Shown: piece by piece, positions 40,889-53,776 of the stretch | How the letters are laid out: each line of letters begins with the position of its first letter | Numbering within the stretch: position 1 is the first letter of the stretch | From: Spironucleus salmonicida | Lineage: Eukaryota | Direction: 5' to 3' | DNA length: 64,000 bases | NCBI RefSeq assembly: GCF_000497125.1 | Contig: NC_090599.1 | Span: 1,302,001-1,366,000, forward strand | Program-made: the position numbers and the translations under genes | The notes under the pieces: model-generated | The model's database searches: none | The model's input: only the letters and a program-made list of their open reading frames with translations | What the model was told of the DNA's origin: nothing

Positions 40889-43468
40889 TCAAATATTTGC
40901 CTTTTATCTTAACCACGCCACTACAGTATCCATAGATCCGTTAACCGAGTACAGAACTTTTATAATATTTAAAATTTCTTTTACACTATTTTTATCATCA
41001 GTGAAGTCTACATTCGTAAAAATTTCAATAAATATACAATCAAATAATTTATTTATAGGGAACTCAGCCTTAAAGAAACTCATAATTGCTTATAAATCTT
41101 ATATTGCAGAAACATGGCCAATTTAGGAATTAAATGTTCTTTTAATTCTAAAAAGATTATAATATAACTAAAATCTATATTCCAAAATTAGAGAAAGTTT
41201 AATCTAATTTAATAAAGAATTTATTTACTTAACTTCACCAAAATGTTCCACCAAATATATAATAAAATGGTATAGTTCCTTAATATTAGTTATATTAAGT
41301 ACATTAGATGCAATTATAAATTATTCTGTAAAGGAAAATTACTGCTAGGAGGGAGATAACTTTTTATTATATAAACTTGAGTCCTCTAGTTTTTTATAAA
41401 AATTATGAATATCAATAAGATTATCTGTGTTTCCTTCATATTATTACTTAAATGCTAATTGTACTGAGTACAGGTAGAAATAATTCTTTTTCACATAGTC
41501 AAAAATTATTGTATTTAAATTATAGCATAAAATTGCCTTTAATTTAAAATATCGTATCTCACCTTGTTTAGAATAGGTTTATAAATACTTTAACTATTCG
41601 GTAATCTTTTCACAGCAGATTTAAATATTGAATACTTACTATTTATTCGTCTTCTTAATAATAAATAGTAAATTTTATTTTTCTAATAATAAAATCTCCT
41701 GTAATAATGTTTTATTTGTAAATTTATTATAAAAATCTTCGAAAATATTAAATTAAAGATCATTCAATGATTTAATATTAGTAGATTAACTATATTATGC
41801 AATATTTGTTTTCTTATCAATTTATAACGCTTAAAATAAATCAACTAGTGAAGTGAATACTTTCTCTGAGTATAATATATTAAATTCAGAGCATGCAAAT
41901 TACTAATCAATATCGTGGAATGTAGTTTTTGATATAAAATTAATTAATTACGGTATTTGTTCAATGGAAAATAATGATTGGCTAGTAAGCTTTTATTTTA
42001 TGTAATTTTATAGGTACAATATATTATCTGAAATATTAAATAAATATTTAGATAACTCCAAAAAGAATTCATAAGCTAATTTGAATAAAGTTTATATGTC
42101 AAAGAATGATTATGGCACTTTAATATTAGATAAGAATTATTAAAATGAAGCTAACTAAGTCGGGTTACCAGTTTTGAGATTAAGTCCTTGACTAAATTAA
42201 TAGCTCAAGAACAAAATAAAGTATAACCGCTGACCGAAAAGGCGATATAACATGGTAGATCTTTTTAAATTATCAGCAATTTCTGGAATATCTATAGCAA
42301 TACCTAAATTAACTAAAAATATTTACTAATCAAAGAAATCGTTTAACCCATTATTGATCGATATTTATAGCTTAGGTAGTTAATACTATAAAGCGTTCGT
42401 TTACAAACTTTAAAGAAAGTCGTGTATTTTATCATTAAGTTTTCCTAAAATCTATGAATAAAAGCTTCCTTAATTTGGGCTAAGGATATTAGAACATTAA
42501 GCTAATACTAAAATATATTCTTCTAATGAAATAGTAACATCATTAGGCAGTTATCTTTCGTCAATAAAAATATCATCAATATATTCTGAGTTATTGCACA
42601 TTTCTTTAAATACATCCTAAAATTGATATAAAAACTAAAATACTTATTGATGAGTTTTACATCTTTTAGATATCGCAACCCTGAAATAGTTTAGTTTTGA
42701 AACTACTTCTGCTTGACTAAGCTATTCAAAATTATAAGAAGATTTTACCTTGCTGATATAAATTAGATTTGATTCCATCCGTGTATTTGTTATTTATAAT
42801 ATAGTATTAACAATTTAATCTTATAAATCAAGCAAAATCCTCTCTTTTAATGAATTCAATGATATATTTACACCTAGACGATTTTGGTCAATTTATGATA
42901 AAGAAAATTCGCCTAATGTAATTAATAATACTGCAGCAGGATAATCATTATTCTACAATAAATAGTTAACAGTAGAAGCCAAATTTTAAAGTGACTATAT
43001 CTGGTGAATAAGAAATAATGCTTTTTCCTGTGTTTCTAAGTCATTGTTAAGTTAAATAACTTAGGCATTTTATTATGGAAAACGCAGCAGCTCTGCTTTT
43101 ACATATTTAGATTATTCTTCAATTTCCGATGATTGCTAAGTGATATTCTAAATTAGTTTGCTTACTATAGGGGCTTCTTTAAAAATCGCCATACAATCTT
43201 TCTATATTTACGCTGACTGTGATAATTATAAAGATATTCCTTACAACTCATTTATTATATAAGTGAGTTTTTCTGATTATAAATAATTCTCTTTTTAAGA
43301 CTCTGCTGTAATATCTAAATTTAATTTAAGAAATTAATCAATAAATGGTAATTCTGTAAGAAAAGGATTCTATCGTATTTTTTCAATTCTTGTAGCTGTA
43401 AATACCCTCGAATCTAAATTATTTTTGAGTAAGTCTAACCTCATTTATGGAGATTATTTTAACTACAT
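40889..43468 (-). CDS. Hypothetical helical protein (~859 aa), weakly Vps50/Vps54-like
   Basis: Open in code 6. N-terminal coiled coil then NDYPAAVLL. Family call is weak; start could be 43444. Confidence 0.55.
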
Positions 43469-43530
43469 TCGATATACTTTGACGATATTAATTATATTAT
43501 ATAATTTTAATAAATCTTAAACTTTGTAAA

Positions 43531-45615
43531 ATGAATGATAAAATTATATCTGCAATTTTGGCAATTGATTAAGCATTTTATCCAGAATTAAAACGAATTT
43601 AAGAAATAAATGACCTTAAAGATATATATAATGTTAAAACATACTTTAGTCATGTTTCAAAGTAAATTATTGATATGACACCGATTCATACTTCAACCAC
43701 GCTCTTAAACAAAATAGTCCTGTTTAATAATAAATTTGTAAAAAATTATGGTTACAATGATATGAAATTGCCCATCTTTGCAACATCAGTTGCAAAATAA
43801 CGTATGACACTTAACAGAACATTTGATTCACTTTGGGGAAACTTGAATATTTTTAGTAGTTATGAATGCAGTAGTATTCGTGAAGCTTTCGAATAACTTG
43901 CATCATAATTCTAATAATTATATGATCATTTCAACAATTTGGGATTTCCAAGTATACAGGAAGGTCTAATTATTATGAATAAACTATAATCAACGCTTAA
44001 GGATTAATTAAAACTACCAAGTGTTTAGATCTACCTCATGAAACTTTTGTAAGAAATGTTTCTTGAAGAACCGATGTTTTGTTATGATTTGGCGGATTTC
44101 TTTAACCAATTTAACATATATCTTTCTAATAAGTATCCAGATGGCTTTGACAGAATTTATACATAGCTTAGATCATCTTATATGATAACTTAGAATATAA
44201 CATATGAGAAACCTCTTTTTTATTGCTCAGAACACAATTATATTACAAATGCAGCTCATTTTAAGTTAAATAATTTATTGCAGACTCATTTTACATCTAA
44301 ACCCATTGAAGTTCCAAGAGATTCTATGTTCGCCTTCCATATGATTATAAATTATGTAATTAATATCTACATTGAAATACAAATTCTTACAAATCAACAA
44401 ACAATCGAATAAGGTTTATTACATATGCATAACCAAGTATATAATCAAAATTCTGAATGTTCCACATCCTCGGCTTTAGAAGAGCATCCAGAAATATATC
44501 TTTCAAACTCATAACTCTCAATTATCTAGTCACTGTAAGAGCAATAACTAAGTTAAATAGAGCAGTAATAAGAGTAATAAATTGTCGAAAATCTTATAAT
44601 CGAAGATCAAATTTAACGCCCAGAAAATTCGATTGACCTTAATGCTGTAGAATCAATGCTTTAAATCCCTAATTTATTAAATTATGCAATATTGGCTAGA
44701 TAGAAAAAATTACAACTCCAGCTTAGGAAAAATACTATTCATCAGTAAATTTAATCTTTTATATCCAATAATCTTGGGCGTGAGGCAAACTTACATAAAC
44801 TTGAATTTTAACTGAATCAAATCCTTAAAAAGCTTTCACAGGAAGTTAATTAAACGAATTAAAAATCTATTTCTGATGCTGAGTTAATAGAGATTTTTGC
44901 TGGAAATTTGTAATAATTAGGAAATATAGAAGGAATGAAAAATATCCAAACCGATAGGAAGAGTTAGAAGTTTGGAGTTGTGCCTCCAGTTCATGCTATT
45001 ATGCGTATTTTAACAGCATTATAATTGAGAATTAAAAGTGTAAAAGAAATAGAAGCTCCAATTTCTTTCCCATTAGAATTAGAAAAAATAATGATTGAGA
45101 TCAAGATTAAATAAAGTAGTTTATAACTCAGTAGAACTGACGCTGTTTTCATCGTTATAAGAACATATTAGGAAATTCTTGATATAATTGCAATAAGAAA
45201 CTAGCTTTTTACGCCCTTTTAACTTACTTTATCTAGCACACCTACTCAAATTTTGAGCATTTTACAGTAGAGAGCCAAAAACACATCTGGTCCATTCTCT
45301 TCATTTTTCACAGAAAACTTTACATGCCTTGCATGTGGGCCATTAAAGAGAATGCTCGAAAAGCTAGTATCTCTACTTGCAAAAGCAGTATTTAGTGGCT
45401 GGAAACTTACGTGTAGTCCACTATTTGCAGAGAAAAAAGCTCTTCATTTAATTGAAGTATCTTTCTAAAATGAAATAGTCTAATAATGCGAATATTAAGA
45501 TATATAGGAGGATTAAAAATATAATTACAATAATATTGATGCAATTGTGGAAGTAACTGCGCCACTAGTAGACCATTGGATCGGAAACGAAGAAGAGGAA
45601 GGTATATCTGTTTGA
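43531..45615 (+). CDS. Hypothetical protein (~694 aa)
   Basis: Open in code 6 from ATG43531 to TGA45613. Confidence 0.7.
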
Positions 45616-46258
45616 GGGTACTATTTTTGAAGAACTATAATGAATAAATTTTTATTGTTAAAATTGATTGAAATCCCTTTGATTGTAACTAATTAATATA
45701 AATATTTAGGCCGTATAGTTAGATTGGGACATAAAATATTATATCCCAATTGAATACCGAAAACAATAAAATCAATTACTTTGGTTACTATCATTAACCT
45801 ATATCGCTGCTACTGCATTAAAGAATAACCTAGGACCCTAAATTAGGTATTTTTATATTTTCAATAACCAATATTAAAGTGTTGAGTCGTCAATTATTTA
45901 ATTATGATCACAAAGTAAATAAGGAATAATAATAACCAACATTAATACTTGCCGTGCATCCTATCTTCAATATAAATTTTTGTTATTAATTCCTATAAAT
46001 TCAATAACCTTATTAACTCATTTTCTAGCGTAAATTATACTGCATTACCAACTTGCGCTCCCTGCGAATATTTTCTCAAAAATCTAACGTAAACCAAGCT
46101 AAAGCTAACAGTTTGACGAGAATAATCCTATACCCAGCCTAATTTATACTAGTTTAGGACTAAACCTTCCACCTCGCGAAAATAACAAAATCCATAATTA
46201 TCCTTTAAAATTTTTATATCTATTATTATATATTATGTAATAATATTTCTTCACCTGA

Positions 46259-46870
46259 ATGAAAAAGTTCCTCACGCCGTTTGAGCGCCTAAAACTACCC
46301 CAGGGCCAGCATGCAGTTCATAAATAGCTGAAAACCCCGATTTAACCGCAAAATTCCCATTTTGCTGAAAGCATTGTGCCCTCGAAAGCCACCCTGCGCC
46401 AAATGCTCACCCAGAGTCCCAGCGGTGAAGCGCTGCTGTACTTATCCACTTTGGCAGAACGCGGCGAATTCGCTTCAGAAATCGCGAATTTTCCCGAAAT
46501 TTGTGCCAAAATCCGTAGAATTTCGCTCCAATCATAATATAGCATTTATATATAAAATGATATGCGATTTCACTTCGTAGAACCTGCGTAGATCGAAAGC
46601 GGCGAGGACGCGCTGAGCTGTGTTTTGAGGGGTGCTGCGGGCCAGGCTTTGGAGGGCTTTGGCGACAAATTCGGGCAAGCAGCGCTGGGGGTCTTGATAT
46701 GGCAGCAAAAGGCCGAAATTCGGCCGTTTGGCTCCATGCGTGAGATCGCTATCAGCATTGTGCAGGTCATCTTCGAGCTGAAGCAGCGGCTGCTGAAATC
46801 GCAGAAAGCGGACCTGAAAATGGCCTACGAGTACGTTAAAAAAATTGTGCTTAATTTCGAATAATAATGA
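46259..46870 (+). CDS. Hypothetical protein (~203 aa), GC-rich
   Basis: Extends supplied ORF 46625-46864 in frame; ends TAA TAA TGA. Confidence 0.65.
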
Positions 46871-47187
46871 TATTTTTTGGTGAAATACGCCGTTTGTGAT
46901 AAATGTAGTGAAGGCTGTAGAAAAATTAGTCGTTTACAATGTGGATTTGGGATTTTCTAAATATTTAGAAGATTAATTGCATCGATTAGAGGTTGTGTGA
47001 ACATCTGATAGCGATATTTCAATATTTACATATTGTGCACAATCGTAAGGGATATTTATCATATTTCAATTTATAAACAAAAATAGAGAAATTTTAACAT
47101 TTTCTTAATTATTTTAATACTACTGATTTTTGATTTCTTTATTATTCTTATTTAATATTAATACTAAATTAATTATCTGGTATTAAA

Positions 47188-48588
47188 ATGCCTTCGCTGA
47201 CTAATCGTAAACCTATGAGCGGAAAATAAAAAAAAGAGGAGCTCAAATCTAAAAGAGCATTAAAAAACTAGGCAAATGAAGAGGAGAACTAAATCAGTGA
47301 GCTTCCTCGCCAAGACCCTGAACATTTTTTCCTAAAATTTATTAATGATTCTGACAAAGTAGTTGCCGATAATAAAATATTCGGGTATGACTAATTTAAC
47401 TTTGATGATCCGGTTTATAAGATTGACTAAAAAATTTATTTAAATAAAAAATATTGTCCTCAACTTCCTTGTAGACCTACTAATGCAAAAAATATGTCAT
47501 TATAATAATATAAAAGTGCTGAAATTTAAGTTTTTGAGTCTTATTTTAAGTCAATATCACCAGATCTTAAGTAAATTGAAACTAATTATTGCTTATTTGA
47601 ACTGAACTAAGAAGTCTACCATCAATTATGGTTAGTAACCGAAAAAAGCGATATTCTATGTATAATAACTGACGCTAGATTCCCATTAGCACATCTTCCC
47701 GTAAATTTACTATTATATTGCTAGAAATCTTGCAAACCAATTGTTATACTAATTAATAAATCAGATTTGGTCTCTAATTATTAAATTCAAACTTAAAAGT
47801 AGTTTTTATAACATTATTTGAAACATTTGAATATCAATGGCCTAGTTATTCCATTTTCAGCCTTCGTTTTATTTAATTAACCTGAGGAGAGGTTATAATT
47901 TTTAGATAAATTAATCGCATTTGGACGTTAAATGACTTAAAAGGATGTACCAGAGATGGTTACCTTTGGATTTATAGGATAACCGTCAGTCGGTAAATCT
48001 AAAACAATGAATGCACTGTATGGTAAAACTATTTGTAAGGTTAAGCTTACAGCAGGGTGTACAAAACATTTACAAACATACTATTTATCAGACCTTTAGT
48101 TACCTGAGACTAACCGATCCATCATGCTTTGTGATTGTCCTGGTTTGGTATTACCCGTTAAAAATTCGCCTAGACCTTTATAAGTGATTACCGGAGTATT
48201 TCCTACTGGCCGTACAAGAGAATTTCTCTCAGCAACAAGATTGGTCTGCGAAAATTTCCCAGGTTTTTATGAGAGATTGAAATCAATTGTTAGTATTTAG
48301 AATATTAAATAAAAATATAATGTTGATACTAACTTTAATACACCAGGAAATTTATTGGATGCAATTGCATATTAATTGAACTATTTAGTAAAAGGAGGTA
48401 ATCCGTGGACTCATAGAGCTGGATTGGTAATTTTTAAAAAAATTACAGACGGAACTATTCCTTATGAGATATAATTATCGAAAGAAGTTTGTGACGAAAT
48501 TAACTTTGAGTTTAATGAAATAGATTTTATTGGCTTTAGTAAAACTGTAGACAAGCAAATACTTTTTGAAATAGAAGAATTATAGTGA
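47188..48588 (+). CDS. GNL1: GNL1/LSG1-family circularly permuted GTPase
   Basis: RKPMSGKQKK N-terminus, FELNQEVYHQLW, DARFP, NKSD, GQPSVGKS, GCTKHLQT, LCDCPGLV. Confidence 0.85.
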
Positions 48589-49232
48589 TCTAATATTATT
48601 TATAAAAATATTTAATGAAATTAAATTTCATTATATCTATCTTATATCTGATTTTTATTCTTAGATGCATCACCATATCTTTAATTTATTACGTGATGAT
48701 TATAATCATCTTAGTACTAAACTTTGGCATTTCTGATTTTTACAAAAAAGTCAATTTATCCATAATTACTGGAAATATACTTGCATTATATCAATTTTTT
48801 AAATATTAAATGCTAACACCTTTTCATATTTATTAATTAGTACGTATTACCCATTAGTTTTGTCCAGCACTTAAACCTTATCCTTCTGTTAATATAACTA
48901 ATTGTGGATAAGTTTATCTTTGTAGCCATTAGTTTTACCAAAGAGTTTAAAATATAGTACAATACATCATCGTATTTAACCTATTTTCTTGCTCTTTATC
49001 CAATTTTTGTGATTACAGTAAAACTTTTACACTTTATACAGATTTTAGTTATAAATTCTAGACTATTATATTATATCATATTTTGAATACTTAAATTTAT
49101 AATATTAACATCTAACTATTTTCCAATACATTTTTTCATTTCGAAACTAATGGAAAAATTTATTTTTAAACCACAAACTAATTTTAAATTTTCTTTATTA
49201 TTATAAAATATTACAATATAAATTCCCACTAC

Positions 49233-49676
49233 TCATTCTGTAAGGCCCCAATCCACACCATCGCATTCCCTTCCGCTTCTTTTCCAGCACTTAAGTTCGA
49301 TCCCGGGTACGATCAAGTTTTCGAGAAAAAATTCAGCGCTTGCGAAGTCGCTTTCAGGCTTAAATTCAGCGAACAAGTCTCCCAGCGTCTAGGCGTGCAG
49401 GAATGGCTGGAAACTGACCACAGCTCGTACCGCGTCGTCTTCGGTACTGGCATACTCCAAAGTTAAGAACCGACACGTTCCGAAAATCTGGTGCGGGCAC
49501 GCTGTCCGGTCGAATGAGGGGCCGTAGTGCTTGTAGCGCCGCTACTCGTACGACAGCGAAACCGGCTGCGTATTTACTGGTCGGTCCAGTCGAATTTGGT
49601 TAGACTGCGCCGGAAACTGTAAATTTTCTGGCGTCGCATGTGTACCATAATGCAGGATTTACAGTAAAATGATCAT
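49233..49676 (-). CDS. Hypothetical protein (~147 aa), GC-rich, short hydrophobic N-terminus
   Basis: MIILLQILHY...VDWGLTE*, open in code 6. Confidence 0.6.
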
Positions 49677-49732
49677 TTTTATATTATTTAACATTATATA
49701 GTTAATATTAAAATAATTAATATTTGAATTTT

Positions 49733-49927
49733 ATGGGGTGCGGGCAAGTGCCGGCAAAGATCGGATCTTTGCCACTTTCGTACAAACCCGAGATCGACTC
49801 AGTAGAAAATTAATATAGTTAATAGTACTAGGTATCTACTGCGCAGTATTCTACACCAGTAGAATTTATCTAATTTTTTATTTTTAACGAGGAAAAATCG
49901 GTGCTAGTGTTAGAGGATTTGTTGTGA
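49733..49927 (+). CDS. Small protein (64 aa) with MGCG acylation motif
   Basis: MGCGQVPAKIG...VLEDLL*. Confidence 0.45.
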
Positions 49928-50195
49928 TTATGTTTATTTTATATGAAAACTGTAAGCTTTAATTAATGTGGTCGGATTCAGAATACAATATTTTTAAATC
50001 AATACTAAAGGTATTAACGTTAACTGATTTCACTCGAATAATGTGTTTTCATTAGTAGCAGATTGATATTATCTTAGTTTAACAAAACTTAGGTTAGTAT
50101 TTTCCTCTAGATCGTCTCACTTAAAATCTTAAAAGATTGCTAAATCAGCATAATTAAAAGCAATAATCTACATCCAAAGCAACTGTTAAAATCCT

Positions 50196-51692
50196 TCACT
50201 TCGCGCTTCCCTTGCGCAGCTCAACCGCCTCAAATACCTTCCTGGCCGCGGTAGGGGTCAAAATGCTCGCGAACTTACCGTCTATCACCTAGTCGCCCAC
50301 AAGCCATTTCAGCCACCTGTGCCGGACCCGCCCATCCCGGTTGAATACCCACGCCCGCCTCGCCTCCGGCAGTGCAACCTCGCTGTACACGACCCCGATT
50401 TGGGTGCCCTGCAGCAAGTTGGCCACGCATGCCCGGTCCTTAACGGCCTGCTGCACGCTGTAGTCGGCCTTCTTGCCGGGGAACTTCGCAAGAGGGTACA
50501 TGCTGTGCCTCACCGGCGCTGGCGTCTGCTGGAGGAGGTTGAAGCAGCGGTACGTCGTGAAGGAATTCGCATAGCACTCAAACCGCACCTCGTCGAACTT
50601 CTGCGCGTTCTTGACCTTGAAGCAGTTGGTCGCCTGCTACCTGCAGAGGCAGTCGTACACACGCACTGTCATCAGTGCGTCGTAGCCTGCGTCGTGAGCA
50701 TGCGAGTCTCCGGCGCCGTATAGGACGTGGAAGTACCCAGAGAGTGACTTGTTCGGCTGTACGCGCTTCACCTTGGATGCGATCTGCTAGAGGAGGACCT
50801 GCGTGTTCGGGTGCTGCAGGACGAGCAGCACATCCAGAAAGTTGGGGATGATGCCGAAAATGTCTGCCATGAACCTGCTGTAGGAGCTGAGCTTCTTGCC
50901 CAGAAAGGCGTTATGGAGCAGCAGACAGTCCGTGAGCGCCTAGAACCCCACTGTACGTACGCGACGCTGGGCAAGACGCTGGAACACAAGCATGATGTGC
51001 TTCAGGTCGAGCTCAATGTGGCCGACTGACTCCGCGAGCAGCTGGCGGCGCCGCGCGGGACTATCTACAACGCGCACATGCAGCAGAATTTTTCCCGCGC
51101 CCCGGGAGGGGTACAGCGCCGGAACGATGCTCACCACCTGCTCTACGCCCTCGTGAGCAAGGAAGCTGTGCTGCATCCGCTTCATGCGGAGAAAGTGGCC
51201 GATGTCCAGTTCTATGCCGAAATCGATCTCCTCCTGTTTGAGTCTCTGGGCAATCTCACCGTATCCCGCTGGGAAGCCCTCGAACGCCTCTTCGTCGGGC
51301 TCGCCCATCGTCTTCCGTCAGAATGCTATCTCGCACTCGTAGTCTATCCCGACGCGCAGGCTCTGGGTGCTGTACTGTTTGAAGTCGAAGTCGTTCCCGG
51401 CGAGGAAGTTCAGGGCAGAGATGCTGATCTTGGCGTCATGTTGGCATACGAACACCGAGCAGGTGGAGCTCTCACCTTTGCTGTCCAGCATGGAGATCCC
51501 AACCTGCAGCAGGCAACCGCTGTTCGCGAGGGCCGCCGCGGTGGCGAAGATTACCTCCGGTGCGTCGAAGGGGTTCGCAAACTGGGGCTGCTCCGAGGAG
51601 AACTCAGTGTCGAATCCCGCGAGGGTTGCATGGTCGGCGAACTTCAGCGCGTCGCCCAGGGACTGGCGCAGGTTGCGTGCGAAGTCTAGCAT
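50196..51692 (-). CDS. PARN/CAF1-family DEDDh deadenylase with one internal in-frame TGA (51318-51320)
   Basis: FDTEF, LLQVG, NFLAGNDFDF before the TGA; VGFQALTD and HDAGYDALMT after it, same frame; terminal AAG-TGA at 50196. Confidence 0.8.
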
Positions 51693-51720
51693 TGCGGAAG
51701 GGAATAGGGAGGGTTGCTGG
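51693..51720 (-). promoter_or_regulatory. C-rich tract directly upstream of the PARN-like start codon
   Basis: Minus strand CCAGCAACCCTCCCTATTCCCTTCCGCA-ATG; a similar AAACCACCCCACTCCGA-ATG precedes the gene starting at 8883. Confidence 0.3.
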
Positions 51721-51750
51721 GTACTGTATGGATAGGGAGTGTATCGAACC

Positions 51751-52377
51751 TCACTTCAGCGGCAGTGTGGAGTAGCCTGCATCCCCCAGGAAGGCCAGCT
51801 GGGCAGCTCCAACGACTCCGCAAAGGATTTCCTCTGCCAGACGCGTCTTTATGACCCTAGCGGCCTGAAACTCGTACTTGATGCCGTCCGCGCACAGCAC
51901 CACCAGCTGCCCGTCCGCACACCCGAAGGTCACTATAGGGCTCTCACAGTCGAACTGCCGCACCACGCCGAATAGCTCGAGATCCACGTGGAGCACGCTA
52001 CTCCCAATCTGCACGAACAGCTGCCCCGCGAGGCACTTCACGATGTGGATTCCCGATAGGCCCGGCAGCACAACCAGCAGCTTCTCCTAGATCAGGGAGT
52101 AGAAGTATAGCTGATCCGTGTCGTAGAGCACCAGAATGTCTTTAGACTGGTGCGTAACCTGCGTACCCCCAACAGGGTAAAATCCAAGCTACACTGTCCG
52201 GCCCTTGAAGTGTAGCATATTGCCCTCAACCGCCAGTGGACTTCCCTGGTACAGGAGTGCGCACGTGATCGCGTTAAAATGCAGTTCCTATCGCACGGCA
52301 CCGCTAAATTTTAAATGCAATTTAATCTCGTTGTTAACCAATGTATCATCATATTAGTTTTTCTGTTTTTCTTTCAT
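51751..52377 (-). CDS. Hypothetical beta-rich protein (~208 aa)
   Basis: Extends supplied ORF 51751-52071 upstream in code 6; ends AAG-TGA; start uncertain. Confidence 0.55.
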
Positions 52378-52409
52378 AATTTTAATGATACTATAATTCG
52401 AATAATTTA

Positions 52410-53672
52410 TCACTCCACATTTGAATCCTCTGTTAAATCTACAACATACTGTTTGTACTACTAATCAGCCTCTTCATAAATTTTATTGTACTTCACCTCA
52501 CCAATTACCTTGTCTTTGGCTTATCGCATTTCTTCGTCACCAGCATGACAACGAACATTTTTTCTGCCCACAATGCTAATATCATCACCATAAAATAGTG
52601 AATTTGGTTGTGGTAGTGGCATTAAATCGACTAGACCTACGGAGTAGTAGTCCTATAATTTGGCATTTTACATGAGACTTTGCTTAAACTCTGTAGTAGA
52701 TCGTATTTTATCATATTAACAGTTACTGAAAATCTCTTTCATTCTTTATCGTGAGAAACCAAAATCGGTTGCTAAATCCATTACAAAAGATTAATTATTG
52801 TTTTTGATGAGCTTCGTAGGTATCTTTTTAACTCCTTTTTGCCTAAAAGTTTCGGTGGAATATGAACTCGATGCTACGCTTTATATAGGAGTTTATGACC
52901 GTTGCTTTCTTTATTAATTTTAAACTGATGAGGAATGATGAATACGCTAGAATGACTTTGATCGCACTGCAGTAATCACAGGAACCACTCCTAGTTTCTT
53001 TAAAAGTTAGTTTACCTCCCCCTCGATGTCTTCATTAGTTTCTCTAAAAATACGAATTTAGTTTAATTTCTCGCTCTTTTTACCATGGAGCATTTTATAG
53101 GCATTTTCACATATCTTATGGAGACCAGTTTTTGCTGCACAGACGAAATTTTTATTACCATTTTTGACCTCTAAAACACACTTGAAACAGTGATTTGCGA
53201 GACGTAACTTCCCTTTTGAAAGTGCAAAATTGCCATAGAAAAAATATACCTTTTGAAGCATTTTTTCACACTTTGAACGTTTTGCATGAAAGAGCGCTGT
53301 CTCGAAGTTGTTTAAACTGGGAGAAATAGTTACCTTTTTGAGGTACAGCAGACTCAAAAACATGTCTTTTTAATGCGTAAAATGTTTCGAATTTATCGGG
53401 ATTTCAGTATGGTCAGAATCATTTGTGAGAATTTCCAACGTGATTATATTTTAAATTTCATCTAGAGTCATTGGGTTAAGCATGAAAAGTAACTGTGCGA
53501 AAGCACGAGCTTCTAGAGAGTTAGTAGGGGCTCGAGATGTCAAAGTTGTTATCTTTTCAGTTATTGAAAAAGGTATCGCTGGATAGTTTTGGAGGTGTGT
53601 AATAAAGTAGCAATATCGGTCCAGCTGTGGGTAGGTTTGCGAGAAAAATTCTTCTTCTTCTAATAATTCCAT
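52410..53672 (-). CDS. Hypothetical protein (~420 aa) with a TPR-like segment
   Basis: Supplied ORFs 53451-53672 and 53058-53363 join in frame; ends GAG-TGA. Confidence 0.65.
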
Positions 53673-53776
53673 TTTTATTGCAATTAATATTTAATATTAA
53701 AAAATAAATAAGTATGATGAATAAAACAATATGAGTATAATATATTATATATAAATATGAATGGGTAGAATCAACA

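Noticed and set aside
49290-49312. tRNA T-arm-like GTTCGATCCC
   Set aside because: No cloverleaf is evident, and it lies inside the 49233-49676 coding frame.
49960-50195. SECIS element downstream of the PARN-like gene
   Set aside because: I could not see a convincing AUGA...AA...GA kink-turn stem by eye; this needs a computational search.
51312-51353. 42-nt in-frame GT...CTGAC..AG intron that would remove the PARN internal TGA
   Set aside because: The 5' site GTCGGG does not match the diplomonad GTATG-type consensus, the segment is GC-rich like exon, and splicing would delete GIDY, which matches the PARN GIPY motif. RT-PCR would settle it.
50289-52090. Multiple overlapping plus-strand ORFs in GC-rich regions (also 8391-9069, 17577-18000, and minus-strand 31483-32148)
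   Set aside because: They are shadows caused by stop-poor GC-rich sequence opposite genes with recognisable motifs.
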